Positions 15,001-29,664 of a stretch of 64,000 bases of DNA are shown here, one piece after another (position 1 is the first letter of the stretch; each line of letters begins with the position of its first letter). The stretch is from contig OZ024744.1 in assembly GCA_964016885.1 (NCBI GenBank), positions 117,614,001-117,678,000 on the forward strand, written 5' to 3'. Source of the DNA: Eledone cirrhosa. Taxonomy: Eukaryota. The translations under genes and the position numbers were made by a program. The notes beneath the pieces were generated by a model. The model made no database searches and had not been told where the DNA came from. It worked only from the letters and a program-made list of their open reading frames with translations.

Positions 15001-18000
15001 TACTACTGTAAGATCTTTAGTACCTAGCCTAACACTACTATAATTACTGGTGGTACTACTGTAAGATCTTTAGTACCTAGTCTAACACTACTATAATTAC
15101 TGTTAGTACTACTGTAAGATCTTTAGTACCTAGTCTAACACTACTATAATTACTGTTAGTACTAATGTAAGATCTTTAGTACCTAGCCTAACACTACTAT
15201 ATTTACTGTTAGTACTACTGTAAGATCTTTAGTACCTAGCCTAACACTATTATAATTACTGGTGGTACTACTGTAAGATCTTTAGTACCTAGCCTAACAC
15301 TACTATAATTACTGTTAGTACTACTGTAAGATCTTTAGTACCTAGCCTAACACTATTATAATTACTGGTGGTACTACTGTAAGATCGTTAGTACCTAGCC
15401 TAACACTACTATAATTACTGGTGGTACTACTGTAAGATCTTTAGTACCTAGCCTAACACTACTATAATTACTGGTGGTACTACTGTAAGATCTTTAGTAC
15501 CTAGCCTAACACTACTATAATTACTGGTGGTACTACTGTAAGATCTTTAGTACCTAGCCTAACACTATTATAATTACTGGTGGTACTACTGTAAGATCTT
15601 TAGTACCTAGCCTAACACTATTATAATTACTGGTGGTACTACTGTAAGATCTTTAGTACCTAGCCTAACACTACTATAATTACTGGTGGTACTACTGTAA
15701 GATCTTTAGTACCTAGCCTAACACTACTATAATTACTGGTGGTACTACTGTAAGATCTTTAGTACCTAGCCTAACACTACTATAATTACTGGTGGTACTA
15801 CTGTAAGATCTTTAGTACCTAGCCTAACACTACTATAATTACTGGTGGTACTACTGTAAGATCTTTAGTACCTAGCCTAACACTACTATAATTACTGGTG
15901 GTACTACTGTAAGATCTTTAGTACCTAGCCTAACACTACTATAATTACTGGTGGTACTACTGTAAGATCTTTAGTACCTAGCCTAACACTACTATAATTA
16001 CTGTTAGTACTACTGTAAGATCTTTAGTACCTAGCCTAACGCTATTATAATTACTGGTGGTACTACTGTAAGATCTTTAGTACATAGCCTAACACTATTA
16101 TAATTACTGGTGGTACTACTGTAAGATCTTTAGTACCTAGCCTAACACTATTATAATTACTGTTAGTACTACTGTAAGATCTTTAGTACCTAGCCTAACA
16201 CTACTATAATTACTGGTGGTATTACTGTAAGATCTTTAGTACCTAGCCTAACACTACTATAATTACTGGTGGTACTACTGTAAGATCTTTAGTACCTAGC
16301 CTAACACTACTATAATTACTGGTGGTACTACTGTAAGATCTTTAGTACCTAGCCTAACACTACTATAATTACTGGTGGTACTACTGTAAGATCTTTAGTA
16401 CCTAGCCTAACACTACTATAATTACTGGTGGTACTACTGTAAGATCTTTAGTACCTAGCCTAACACTACTATAATTACTGGTGGTACTACTGTAAGGTCT
16501 TTAGTACCTAGCCTAACACTACTATAATTACCGTTAGTACTACTGTAAGATCTTTAGTACCTAGCCTAACGCTACTATAATTACTGGTGGTACTACTGTA
16601 AGATCTTTAGTACCTAGCCTAACACTACTATAATTACTGTTAGTACTACTGTAAGATCTTTAGTACCTAGCCTAACACTACTATATTTACTGGTGGTACT
16701 ACTGTAAGATCTTTAGTACCTAGCCTAACACTACTATAATTACTGGTGGTACTACTGTAAGATCTTTAGTACCTAGCCTAACACTACTATAATTACTGGT
16801 GGTACTAATGTAAGATCTTTAGTACCTAGCCTAACACTACTATAATTACTGTTAGTACTACTGTAAGATCTTTAGTACCTAGCCTAACACTACTATAATT
16901 ACTGTTAGTACTACTGTAAGATCTTTAGTACCTAGCCTAACACTACTATAATTACTGGTGGTACTACTGTAAGATCTTTAGTATCTAGCCTAACACAACT
17001 ATAATTACTGTTAGTACTACTGTAAGATCTTTAGTACCTAGCCTAACACTACTATAATTACTGGTGGTACTACTGTAAGATCTTTAGTACCTAGCCTAAC
17101 ACTACTATAATTACTGTTAGTACTACTGTAAGATCTTTAGTACCTAGCCTAACACTACTATAATTACTGGTAGTACTACTGTAAGATCTTTAGTACCTAG
17201 CCTAACACTACTATAATTACTGGTGGTACTACTGTAAGATCTTTAGTACCTAGTCTAACACTACTATAATTACTGTTAGTACTACTGTAAGATCTTTAGT
17301 ACCTAGTCTAACACTACTATAATTACTGTTAGTACTAATGTAAGATCTTTAGTACCTAGCCTAACACTACTATATTTACTGTTAGTACTACTGTAAGATC
17401 TTTAGTACCTAGCCTAACACTATTATAATTACTGGTGGTACTACTGTAACATCTTTAGTACCTAGCCTAACACTACTATAATTACTGGTGGTACTACTGT
17501 AAGATCTTTAGTACCTAGCCTAACACTACTATAATTACTGGTGGTACTACTGTAAGATCTTTAGTACCTAGCCTAACACTACTATAATTACTGGTGGTAC
17601 TACTGTAAGATCTTTAGTACCTAGCCTAACACTACTATAATTACTGGTGGTACTACTGTAAGATCTTTAGTACCTAGCCTAACACTACTATAATTACTGG
17701 TGGTACTACTGTAAGATCTTTAGTACCTAGCCTAACACTACTATAATTACTGTTAGTACTACTGTAAGATCTTTAGTACCTAGCCTAACGCTATTATAAT
17801 TACTGGTGGTACTACTGTAAGATCTTTAGTACATAGCCTAACACTATTATAATTACTGGTGGTACTACTGTAAGATCATTAGTACCTAGCCTAACACTAT
17901 TATAATTACTGTTAGTACTACTGTAAGATCTTTAGTACCTAGCCTAACACTACTATAATTACTGGTGGTATTACTGTAAGATCTTTAGTACCTAGCCTAA

Positions 18001-21000
18001 CACTACTATAATTACTGGTGGTACTACTGTAAGATCTTTAGTACCTAGCCTAACACTACTATAATTACTGGTGGTACTACTGTAAGATCTTTAGTACCTA
18101 GCCTAACACTACTATAATTACTGGTGGTACTAATGTAAGATCTGTAGTACCTAGCCTAACACTACTATAATTACTGTTAGTACTACTGTAAGATCTTTAG
18201 TACCTAGCCTAACACTACTATAATTACTGTTAGTACTACTGTAAGATCTTTAGTACCTAGCCTAACACTATTATAATTACTGGTGGTACTACTGTAAGAT
18301 CTTTAGTACCTAGCCTAACACTACTATAATTACTGGTGGTACTACTGTAAGATCTTTAGTACCTAGCCTAACACTACTATAATTACTGTTAGTACTACTG
18401 TAAGATCTTTAGTACCTAGCCTAACACTACTATAATTACTGGTGGTACTACTGTAAGATCTTTAGTACCTAGCCTAACACTACTATAATTACTGTTAGTA
18501 CTACTGTAAGATCTTTAGTACCTAGCCTAACACTACTATAATTACTGGTGGTACTACTGTAAGATCTTTAGTACCTATCCTAACACTACTATAATTACTG
18601 TTAGTACTACTGTAAGATCTTTAGTACCTAGCCTAACACTACTATAATTACTGGTGGTACTACTGTAAGATCTTTAGTACCTAGCCTAACACTACTATAA
18701 TTACTGTTAGTACTACTGTAAGATCTTTAGTACCTAGCCTAACACTATTATAATTACTGGTTGTACTACTGTAAGATCTTTAGTACCTAGCCTAACACTA
18801 TTATAATTACTGGTGGTACTACTGTAAGATCTTTAGTACCTAGCCTAACACTATTATAATTACTGTTAGTACTACTGTAAGATCTTTAGTACCTAGCCTA
18901 ACACTACTATAATTACTGGTGGTATTACTGTAAGATCTTTAGTACCTAGCCTAACACTACTATAATTACTGGTGGTACTACTGTAAGATCTTTAGTATCT
19001 AGCCTAATACTACTATAATTACTGGTGGTACTACTGTAAGATCTTTAGTACCTAGCCTAACACTACTATAATTACTGGTGGTACTACTGTAAGATCTTTA
19101 GTACCTAGCCTAACACTACTATAATTACTGGTGGTACTACTGTAAGATCTTTAGTACCTAGCCTAACACTACTATAATTACTGGTGGTACTACTGTAACA
19201 TCTTTAGTACCTAGCCTAACACTACTATAATTACTGGTGGTACTACTGTAAGATCTTTAGTACCTAGCCTAACACTACTATAATTACTGTTAGTACTACT
19301 GTAAGATCTTTAGTACCTAGCCTAACACTACTATAATTACTGGTAGTACTACTGTAAGATCTTTAGTACCTAGCCTAACACTACTATAATTACTGGTGGT
19401 ACTACTGTAAGATCTTTAGTACCTAGTCTAACACTACTATAATTACTGTTAGTACTACTGTAAGATCTTTAGTACCTAGTCTAACACTACTATAATTACT
19501 GTTAGTACTAATGTAAGATCTTTAGTACCTAGCCTAACACTACTATATTTACTGTTAGTACTACTGTAAGATCTTTAGTACCTAGCCTAACACTATTATA
19601 ATTACTGGTGGTACTACTGTAAGATCTTTAGTACCTAGCCTAACACTACTATAATTACTGTTAGTACTACTGTAAGATCTTTAGTACCTAGCCTAACACT
19701 ATTATAATTACTGGTGGTACTACTGTAAGATCGTTAGTACCTAGCCTAACACTACTATAATTACTGGTGGTACTACTGTAAGATCTTTAGTACCTAGCCT
19801 AACACTACTATAATTACTGGTGGTACTACTGTAAGATCTTTAGTACCTAGCCTAACACTACTATAATTACTGGTGGTACTACTGTAAGATCTTTAGTACC
19901 TAGCCTAACACTATTATAATTACTGGTGGTACTACTGTAAGATCTTTAGTACCTAGCCTAACACTATTATAATTACTGGTGGTACTACTGTAAGATCTTT
20001 AGTACCTAGCCTAACACTACTATAATTACTGGTGGTACTACTGTAAGATCTTTAGTACCTAGCCTAACACTACTATAATTACTGGTGGTACTACTGTAAG
20101 ATCTTTAGTACCTAGCCTAACACTACTATAATTACTGGTGGTACTACTGTAAGATCTTTAGTACCTAGCCTAACACTACTATAATTACTGGTGGTACTAC
20201 TGTAAGATCTTTAGTACCTAGCCTAACACTACTATAATTACTGGTGGTACTACTGTAAGATCTTTAGTACCTAGCCTAACACTACTATAATTACTGTTAG
20301 TACTACTGTAAGATCTTTAGTACCTAGCCTAACGCTATTATAATTACTGGTGGTACTACTGTAAGATCTTTAGTACATAGCCTAACACTATTATAATTAC
20401 TGTTAGTACTACTGTAAGATCTTTAGTACCTAGCGTAACACTACTATAATTACTGGTGGTATTACTGTAAGATCTTTAGTACCTAGCATAACACTACTAT
20501 AATTACTGGTGGTACTACTGTAAGATCTTTAGTACCTAGGCTAACACTATTATAATTACTGGTGGTACTACTGTAAGAACTTTAGTACCTAGCCTAACAC
20601 TACTATAATTACTGGTGGTACTACTGTAAGATCTTTAGTACTTAGCCTAACACTACTATAATTACTGGTGCTACTACTGTAAGATCTTTAGTACCTAGCC
20701 TAACACTACTATAATTACTGGTGGTACTACTGTAAGATCTTTAGTACCTAGCCTAACACTATTATAATTACTGGTGGTACTACTGTAAGATCTTTAGTAC
20801 CTATCCTAACACTACTATAATTACTGGTGGTACTACTGTAAGATCTTTAGTACCTAGCCTAACACTACTATAATTACTGGTGGTACTACTGTAAGATCTT
20901 TAGTACCTAGCCTAACACTACTATAATTACTGGTGGTACTACTGTAAGATCTTTAGTACCTAGCCTAACACTATTATAATTACTGGTGGTACTACTGTAA

Positions 21001-24000
21001 GATCTTTAGTACTTAGCCTAACACTACTATAATTACTGGTGGTACTACTGTAAGATCTTTAGTACCTAGCCTAACACTACTATAATTACTGGTGGTACTA
21101 CTGTAAGATCTTTAGTACCTAGCCTAACACTACTATAATTACTGGTGGTACTACTGTAAGATCTTTAGTACCTAGCCTAACACTACTATAATTACTGGTG
21201 GTACTACTATAAGATCTTTAGTACCTAGCCTAACACTACTATAATTACTGTTAGTACTACTGTAAGATCTTTAGTACCTAGCCTAACACTACTATAATTA
21301 CTGGTGGTACTACTGTATGATCTTTAGTACCTAGCCTAACACTACTATTATTACTGGTGGTACTACTGTAAGATCTTTAGTACCTAGCCTAACACTATTA
21401 TAATTACTGGTGGTACTACTGTAAGATCTTTAGTACCTAGCCTAACACTGCTATAATTACTGGTGGTACTACTGTAAGATCTTTAGTACTTAGCCTAACA
21501 CTACTATAATTACTGGTGGTACTACTGTAAGATCTTTAGTACCTAGCCTAACACTACTATAATTACTGTTAGTACTACTGTAAGATCTTTAGTACCTAGC
21601 CTAACACTACTATAATTACTGGTGGTACTACTGTAAGATCTTTAGTACCTAGCCTAACACTACTATAATTACTGTTAGTACTACTGTAAGATCTTTAGTA
21701 CCTAGCCTAACACTATTATAATTACTGGTGGTACTACTGTAAGATCTTTAGTACCTAGCCTAACACTATTATAATTACTGTTAGTACTACTGTAAGATCT
21801 TTAGTACCTAGCCTAACACTACTATAATTACTGGTGGTACTACTGTAAGATCTTTAGTACCTAGCCTAACACTACTATAATTACTGGTGGTACTACTGTA
21901 AGATCTTTAGTACCTAGCCTAACACTATTATAATTACTGTTAGTTCTACTGTAAGATCTTTAGTACCTAGCCTAACACTACTATAATTACTGGTGGTATT
22001 ACTGTAAGATCTTTAGTACCTAGCCTAACACTACTATAATTACTGGTGGTACTACTGTAAGATCTTTAGTACCTATCCTAACACTACTATAATTACTGGT
22101 GGTACTACTGTAAGATCTTTAGTACCTAGCCTAACACTACTATAATTACTGTTAGTACTACTGTAAGATCTTTAGTACCTAGCCTAACACTACTATAATT
22201 ACTGGTGGTACTACTGTATGATCTTTAGTACCTAGCCTAACACTATTATAATTACTGGTGGTACTACTGTAAGATCTTTAGTACTTAGCCTAACACTACT
22301 ATAATTACTGGTGGTACTACTGTAAGATCTTTAGTACCTAGCCTAACACTACTATAATTACTGGTGGTACTACTGTAAGATCTTTAGTACCTAGCCTAAC
22401 ACTACTATAATTACTGGTGGTACTACTGTAAGATCTTTAGTACCTAGCCTAACACTACTATAATTACTGGTGGTACTACTGTAAGATCTTTAGTACCTAG
22501 CCTAACACTACTATAATTACTGTTAGTACTACTGTAAGATCTTTAGTACCTAGCCTAACACTACTATAATTACTGTTAGTACTACTGTAAGATCTTTAGT
22601 ACCTAGTCTAACACTACTATAATTACTGGTGGTACTACTGTAAGATCTTTAGTACCTAGCCTAACACTACTATAATTACTGTTAGTACTACTGTAAGATC
22701 TTTAGTACCTAGCCTAACACTACTATAATTACTGTTAGTACTACTGTAAGATCTTTAGTACCTAGCCTAACACTATTATAATTACTGTTAGTACTACTGT
22801 AAGATCTTTAGTACCTAGCCTAACACTACTATAATTACTGGTGGTATTACTGTAAGATCTTTAGTACCTAGCCTAACACTACTATAATTACTGGTGGTAC
22901 TACTGTAAGATCTTTAGTATCTAGCCTAATACTACTATAATTACTGGTGGTACTACTGTAAGATCTTTAGTACCTAGCCTAACACTACTATAATTACTGG
23001 TGGTACTACTGTAAGATCTTTAGTACCTAGCCTAACACTACTATAATTACTGGTGGTACTACTGTAAGATCTTTAGTACCTAGCCTAACACTACTATAAT
23101 TACTGGTGGTACTACTGTAACATCTTTAGTACCTAGCCTAACACTACTATAATTACTGGTGGTACTACTGTAAGATCTTTAGTACCTAGCCTAACACTAC
23201 TATAATTACTGTTAGTACTACTGTAAGATCTTTAGTACCTAGCCTAACACTACTATAATTACTGGTAGTACTACTGTAAGATCTTTAGTACCTAGCCTAA
23301 CACTACTATAATTACTGGTGGTACTACTGTAAGATCTTTAGTACCTAGTCTAACACTACTATAATTACTGTTAGTACTACTGTAAGATCTTTAGTACCTA
23401 GTCTAACACTACTATAATTACTGTTAGTACTAATGTAAGATCTTTAGTACCTAGCCTAACACTACTATATTTACTGTTAGTACTACTGTAAGATCTTTAG
23501 TACCTAGCCTAACACTATTATAATTACTGGTGGTACTACTGTAAGATCTTTAGTACCTAGCCTAACACTACTATAATTACTGTTAGTACTACTGTAAGAT
23601 CTTTAGTACCTAGCCTAACACTATTATAATTACTGGTGGTACTACTGTAAGATCGTTAGTACCTAGCCTAACACTACTATAATTACTGGTGGTACTACTG
23701 TAAGATCTTTAGTACCTAGCCTAACACTACTATAATTACTGGTGGTACTACTGTAAGATCTTTAGTACCTAGCCTAACACTACTATAATTACTGGTGGTA
23801 CTACTGTAAGATCTTTAGTACCTAGCCTAACACTATTATAATTACTGGTGGTACTACTGTAAGATCTTTAGTACCTAGCCTAACACTATTATAATTACTG
23901 GTGGTACTACTGTAAGATCTTTAGTACCTAGCCTAACACTACTATAATTACTGGTGGTACTACTGTAAGATCTTTAGTACCTAGCCTAACACTACTATAA

Positions 24001-26822
24001 TTACTGGTGGTACTACTGTAAGATCTTTAGTACCTAGCCTAACACTACTATAATTACTGGTGGTACTACTGTAAGATCTTTAGTACCTAGCCTAACACTA
24101 CTATAATTACTGGTGGTACTACTGTAAGATCTTTAGTACCTAGCCTAACACTACTATAATTACTGGTGGTACTACTGTAAGATCTTTAGTACCTAGCCTA
24201 ACACTACTATAATTACTGTTAGTACTACTGTAAGATCTTTAGTACCTAGCCTAACGCTATTATAATTACTGGTGGTACTACTGTAAGATCTTTAGTACAT
24301 AGCCTAACACTATTATAATTACTGTTAGTACTACTGTAAGATCTTTAGTACCTAGCGTAACACTACTATAATTACTGGTGGTATTACTGTAAGATCTTTA
24401 GTACCTAGCCTAACACTACTATAATTACTGGTGGTACTACTGTAAGATCTTTAGTACCTAGCATAACACTACTATAATTACTGGTGGTACTACTGTAAGA
24501 TCTTTAGTACCTAGGCTAACACTATTATAATTACTGGTGGTACTACTGTAAGAACTTTAGTACCTAGCCTAACACTACTATAATTACTGGTGGTACTACT
24601 GTAAGATCTTTAGTACTTAGCCTAACACTACTATAATTACTGGTGCTACTACTGTAAGATCTTTAGTACCTAGCCTAACACTACTATAATTACTGGTGGT
24701 ACTACTGTAAGATCTTTAGTACCTAGCCTAACACTATTATAATTACTGGTGGTACTACTGTAAGATCTTTAGTACCTATCCTAACACTACTATAATTACT
24801 GGTGGTACTACTGTAAGATCTTTAGTACCTAGCCTAACACTACTATAATTACTGGTGGTACTACTGTAAGATCTTTAGTACCTAGCCTAACACTACTATA
24901 ATTACTGGTGGTACTACTGTAAGATCTTTAGTACCTAGCCTAACACTATTATAATTACTGGTGGTACTACTGTAAGATCTTTAGTACTTAGCCTAACACT
25001 ACTATAATTACTGGTGGTACTACTGTAAGATCTTTAGTACCTAGCCTAACACTACTATAATTACTGGTGGTACTACTGTAAGATCTTTAGTACCTAGCCT
25101 AACACTACTATAATTACTGGTGGTACTACTGTAAGATCTTTAGTACCTAGCCTAACACTACTATAATTACTGGTGGTACTACTATAAGATCTTTAGTACC
25201 TAGCCTAACACTACTATAATTACTGTTAGTACTACTGTAAGATCTTTAGTACCTAGCCTAACACTACTATAATTACTGGTGGTACTACTGTATGATCTTT
25301 AGTACCTAGCCTAACACTACTATTATTACTGGTGGTACTACTGTAAGATCTTTAGTACCTAGCCTAACACTATTATAATTACTGGTGGTACTACTGTAAG
25401 ATCTTTAGTACCTAGCCTAACACTGCTATAATTACTGGTGGTACTACTGTAAGATCTTTAGTACTTAGCCTAACACTACTATAATTACTGGTGGTACTAC
25501 TGTAAGATCTTTAGTACCTAGCCTAACACTACTATAATTACTGTTAGTACTACTGTAAGATCTTTAGTACCTAGCCTAACACTACTATAATTACTGGTGG
25601 TACTACTGTAAGATCTTTAGTACCTAGCCTAACACTACTATAATTACTGTTAGTACTACTGTAAGATCTTTAGTACCTAGCCTAACACTATTATAATTAC
25701 TGGTGGTACTACTGTAAGATCTTTAGTACCTAGCCTAACACTATTATAATTACTGTTAGTACTACTGTAAGATCTTTAGTACCTAGCCTAACACTACTAT
25801 AATTACTGGTGGTACTACTGTAAGATCTTTAGTACCTAGCCTAACACTACTATAATTACTGGTGGTACTACTGTAAGATCTTTAGTACCTAGCCTAACAC
25901 TATTATAATTACTGTTAGTTCTACTGTAAGATCTTTAGTACCTAGCCTAACACTACTATAATTACTGGTGGTATTACTGTAAGATCTTTAGTACCTAGCC
26001 TAACACTACTATAATTACTGGTGGTACTACTGTAAGATCTTTAGTACCTATCCTAACACTACTATAATTACTGGTGGTACTACTGTAAGATCTTTAGTAC
26101 CTAGCCTAACACTACTATAATTACTGTTAGTACTACTGTAAGATCTTTAGTACCTAGCCTAACACTACTATAATTACTGGTGGTACTACTGTATGATCTT
26201 TAGTACCTAGCCTAACACTATTATAATTACTGGTGGTACTACTGTAAGATCTTTAGTACTTAGCCTAACACTACTATAATTACTGGTGGTACTACTGTAA
26301 GATCTTTAGTACCTAGCCTAACACTACTATAATTACTGGTGGTACTACTGTAAGATCTTTAGTACCTAGCCTAACACTACTATAATTACTGGTGGTACTA
26401 CTGTAAGATCTTTAGTACCTAGCCTAACACTACTATAATTACTGGTGGTACTACTGTAAGATCTTTAGTACCTAGCCTAACACTACTATAATTACTGTTA
26501 GTACTACTGTAAGATCTTTAGTACCTAGCCTAACACTACTATAATTACTGTTAGTACTACTGTAAGATCTTTAGTACCTAGTCTAACACTACTATAATTA
26601 CTGGTGGTACTACTGTAAGATCTTTAGTACCTAGCCTAACACTACTATAATTACTGTTAGTACTACTGTAAGATCTTTAGTACCTAGCCTAACACTACTA
26701 TAATTACTGTTAGTACTACTGTAAGATCTTTAGTACCTAGCCTAACACTACTATAATTACTGTTAGTACTACTGTAAGATCTTTAGTACCTAGCCTAACA
26801 CTACTATAATTACTGGTGGTAC
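1..26822. repeat. 53-bp tandem satellite, about 506 monomers, open at the window's left edge
   Basis: Monomer TACCTAGCCTAACACTACTATAATTACTG(TTA/GTG)GTACTACTGTAAGATCTTTAG repeats head-to-tail with period 53. The ORF track is empty across it and it ends abruptly at about 26822. Confidence 0.99.
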
Positions 26823-26891
26823 GACTTCTATTATAACTTTACTTCAGCCCTTGTGGTCAATAAATCAAACTATTATTATAACTTTACTCTA

Positions 26892-27157
26892 CAAATCCCA
26901 CCGAGGTTAACTTTACCTTTCATCCTTACGGGGTCGATAAAATAAAGTACCAGTAATGTACTGGGTAATTGCTGGCCTTGTGCCTAAAGTAGAAACAATT
27001 ATTATAACTTTACTCTACAAATCCCACCAAGGGTCACTTTACCTTTCATCCTTAAAGGTTGATAAAATAAAGTACCAGTAACGCACTGGGGTGATTTAAT
27101 CGACTTTCCCCCTACTCCCAAATTGCTGGCCTTGTGCCTAAATCAGAAACCATTATT
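26892..27157 (+). mobile_element. Two tandem 5'-truncated tRNA-derived SINE copies
   Basis: Both copies carry the body CAAATCCCACC..ACTTTACCTTTCATCCTTA..GATAAAATAAAGTACCAGTA..TTGCTGGCCTTGTGCCTAAA..GAAAC plus an ATT tail, shared with the full copies at 27277 and 53079. Confidence 0.85.
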
Positions 27158-27276
27158 TCTATTCTACTTTATTCCATCACAATATTTCATTTTTTCTAGT
27201 ATATTATTAACATCTATTTTCATATCTACCGCAGTTATTATATATTACTTTGCCCCATTATATTTTTATATCATTA

Positions 27277-27468
27277 GGGCATGGATTGGCAGTATCGGTA
27301 GAGAGTTGGACACCATGTTTTGCAGCATAGAGTTACGGCCCTTTATGGTCTGAGTTCAAATCCCGCCGAAGTTAACTTTGCCTTTCATCCTTACAGGGTC
27401 AATAAAATAAAGTACCAGTAATGTACTGTGGTAATTGCTGGCCTTGTGCCAAAAGTAGAAACAATTAT
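27277..27468 (+). mobile_element. tRNA-derived SINE, full length
   Basis: A-box-like TGGCAGTATCGG, B-box GAGTTCAAATCCC (starting 27352), conserved body and AT-rich tail. Multiple copies occur in the window. Confidence 0.85.
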
Positions 27469-27579
27469 ATTTTTATATCACACTTTATATATTATATTAT
27501 ATACCACACTTTATATATTATATTGTATACCACACTATATATATTGTATTGTATACCACACTTTATATATTATGTATTA
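27469..27579. repeat. Degenerate ~25-bp AT-rich minisatellite (Helitron insertion target)
   Basis: Unit TATATTATATTGTATACCACACTT. The same unit resumes at 32285-32309 on the far side of the Helitron. Confidence 0.75.
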
Positions 27580-28299
27580 TCTACATTATAAAGCTGACGG
27601 CCGTATGTATGTAACAAACTTTTCGCCAAACTGCTGGACCAAACAGCACCAAATTTGCACCATAGATGTAACTTTTTCCAAGTAAGAAAGTGAGGGTATT
27701 TTTGTCTTCTAAATTTCGTTAAAAGATTAAAGATATTTTATCGTTTATTTAAATATTCACTTCTTTAAAATTTTCAAATGTCAACACTTCCGGTTATACG
27801 ACATTCCTCTCTCTTTCTTAGTCTGTCTTTTTAGATAGATTCATAGCTATAACGTTGCGCCCTTATAATATGTCTCTGTATGTCTGGCTGGCTGCCTGTC
27901 TGCATTGACTTCGCTTCTAACCAACTTTTAATTAATTCAGTGCAAAGATACCGCATGCCCTCTCAATAGTTAATTATATATATATATATAATTAGTAATA
28001 ATAATAAATGTGAAGACTAAAATCCAATCTGCGTTCACAGATTGATTTTTTTAGGTTCAGAAGATCCCGTTAAGGGTGAAAGTAGCGATTCTTTGCTTAA
28101 ACTTTAATCTGTTATTTTAATATATGCTACTTTTATGCAAATTTTTTTACTTCCGTTGTCACTCTTGTCTTCATAAAAACAGTGACTATATTTCCATTAT
28201 TTATTTTCAGAATAATTGACTATTAATAATTTTGAACCTCCAAATTTGTGGAAGAGACACGGAGTTCTTCTTGGAATCTGTGCGGGGAGGACAAATAAG

Positions 28300-28969
28300 A
28301 CTAGAAGATCAACTCCCAGAACAACAGGTGGCTTGCTGTCTCATCCAAAGACGTGCCCAGAGTCATGCAGACAAAGTTTCCAGTGACAACATTGGTCTTG
28401 GGTGTCGTCAGCAGTCAAGGTGACGTCATGCCACCTCACTTCTTCCCTGAGGGTCTCAAGCTGAACACCGATGGCTACATCCGCATTCTGAGCGAAGTAG
28501 TAAAGCCCTGGATCGACCAGGTAGCTGCAGGTAGGCCGTACGTGTGGCAGCAAGACTCAGCGCCCTGCCATACCAGCTGAAAGACCCAATCCTGGCTGTC
28601 AGAGAACTTCGTTGACCACACTTCACCTGACATCTGGCCTCCCAGCTCGCCTGACTTCAAGACCCTCGACTTCTTTGTGTGGGGCGCAGTTGAACGAGAC
28701 ACCAACAGATCTAGCTGCAATACGAAAGACGATCTGAAGGCCAGGATCACAAGTGCCTTTAGGGGCCTAAGTCGGGGGACAGTGACGAAGGTCTGTAGCC
28801 GGTTCTGAGGCCGTCATCAAAGCCAATGGCGGGTTTATCAAGTGAGATTGAAAGAACAAGTCATGAAGACAAACTGACCCAAGTTTGATAAATATATCTT
28901 AAAAAATAAAACTACTGTGTTATTTTTTCCTAGACAGTAATCTTGCGAACAAATATCGTCTGCACCCTG
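28300..28969 (+). mobile_element. 5'-truncated Tc1/mariner transposon of maT (DD37D) type, pseudogenised transposase
   Basis: Translates NSQNNRWLA..PRVMQTKFP..WQQDSAPCHTS*KTQSWL..WPPSSPDFKTLDFFVWG..KANGG, with 37 residues between the last two catalytic Asp. The right TIR ends CACCCTG|TA at 28969. In-frame stops are present. Confidence 0.9.
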
Positions 28970-29038
28970 TATATATATAATTATATATTATATATGCCGA
29001 AACAAACGAGATCGTGTAGGTGTCACGACAAAAAAACA

Positions 29039-29489
29039 CACAGTCCACGCTGTAATGTGACCGTGTAGGCAACACGGTAAAAACCTCCCAGTCCCACACT
29101 GTAAATGTGGTTGGTGTTAGGAAGGGCATCCAGCTGTAGAAAACCCGCCAGACAGTCCACGCTGTAATGTGACCGTGTAGGCAACACGGTAAAAACCTCC
29201 CAGCCCTACACTGTAAATGTGGTTGGTGTTAGGAAGGGCATCCAGCCGTAGAAAACCCGCCAGACAGTCCACGCTGTAATGTGACCGTGTAGGCAACACG
29301 GTAAAAACCTCCCAGTCCCACACTGTAAATGTGGTTGGTGTTAGGAAGGGCATCCAGCTGTAGAAAACCCGCCAGACAGTCCTATGCGAGCAAGACAACC
29401 ACTCTTGCCTCAAGTGGGAAAACCCCCGTCCAAACCCATGCAAGCGTGGAACAGGGACGTTAAACGATGATGATGATGATGATGATGAT
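29039..29489 (+). mobile_element. 3' part of a SINE/RTE-tail element with an internal 3x112-bp tandem duplication and (GAT)n tail
   Basis: CAGTCC recurs at 29041, 29153, 29265 and 29377. The element ends GGACGTTAAACG(ATG)n, and an inverted copy of the tail lies at 33874-34001. Confidence 0.75.
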
Positions 29490-29664
29490 ATTCGTGTACA
29501 GATATTTTTGCATACAAAAAAACAAAATATAAACAAACGTATTTATTTCACGAAAGCACAGATGGCTTATCGTCATTGTTACTGCCGATATGCCACCCAA
29601 AAAGTCCCAGCCTTGCCGCAACATCAGATTTTCCAGAAGAAAAAATGTTACTAGAGCAACAGAG

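Noticed and set aside
1-26822. CRISPR array or telomeric repeat
   Set aside because: There are no unique spacers or cas genes. CCTAGCCTAA resembles TTAGG-type telomere motifs only once per 53-bp monomer.
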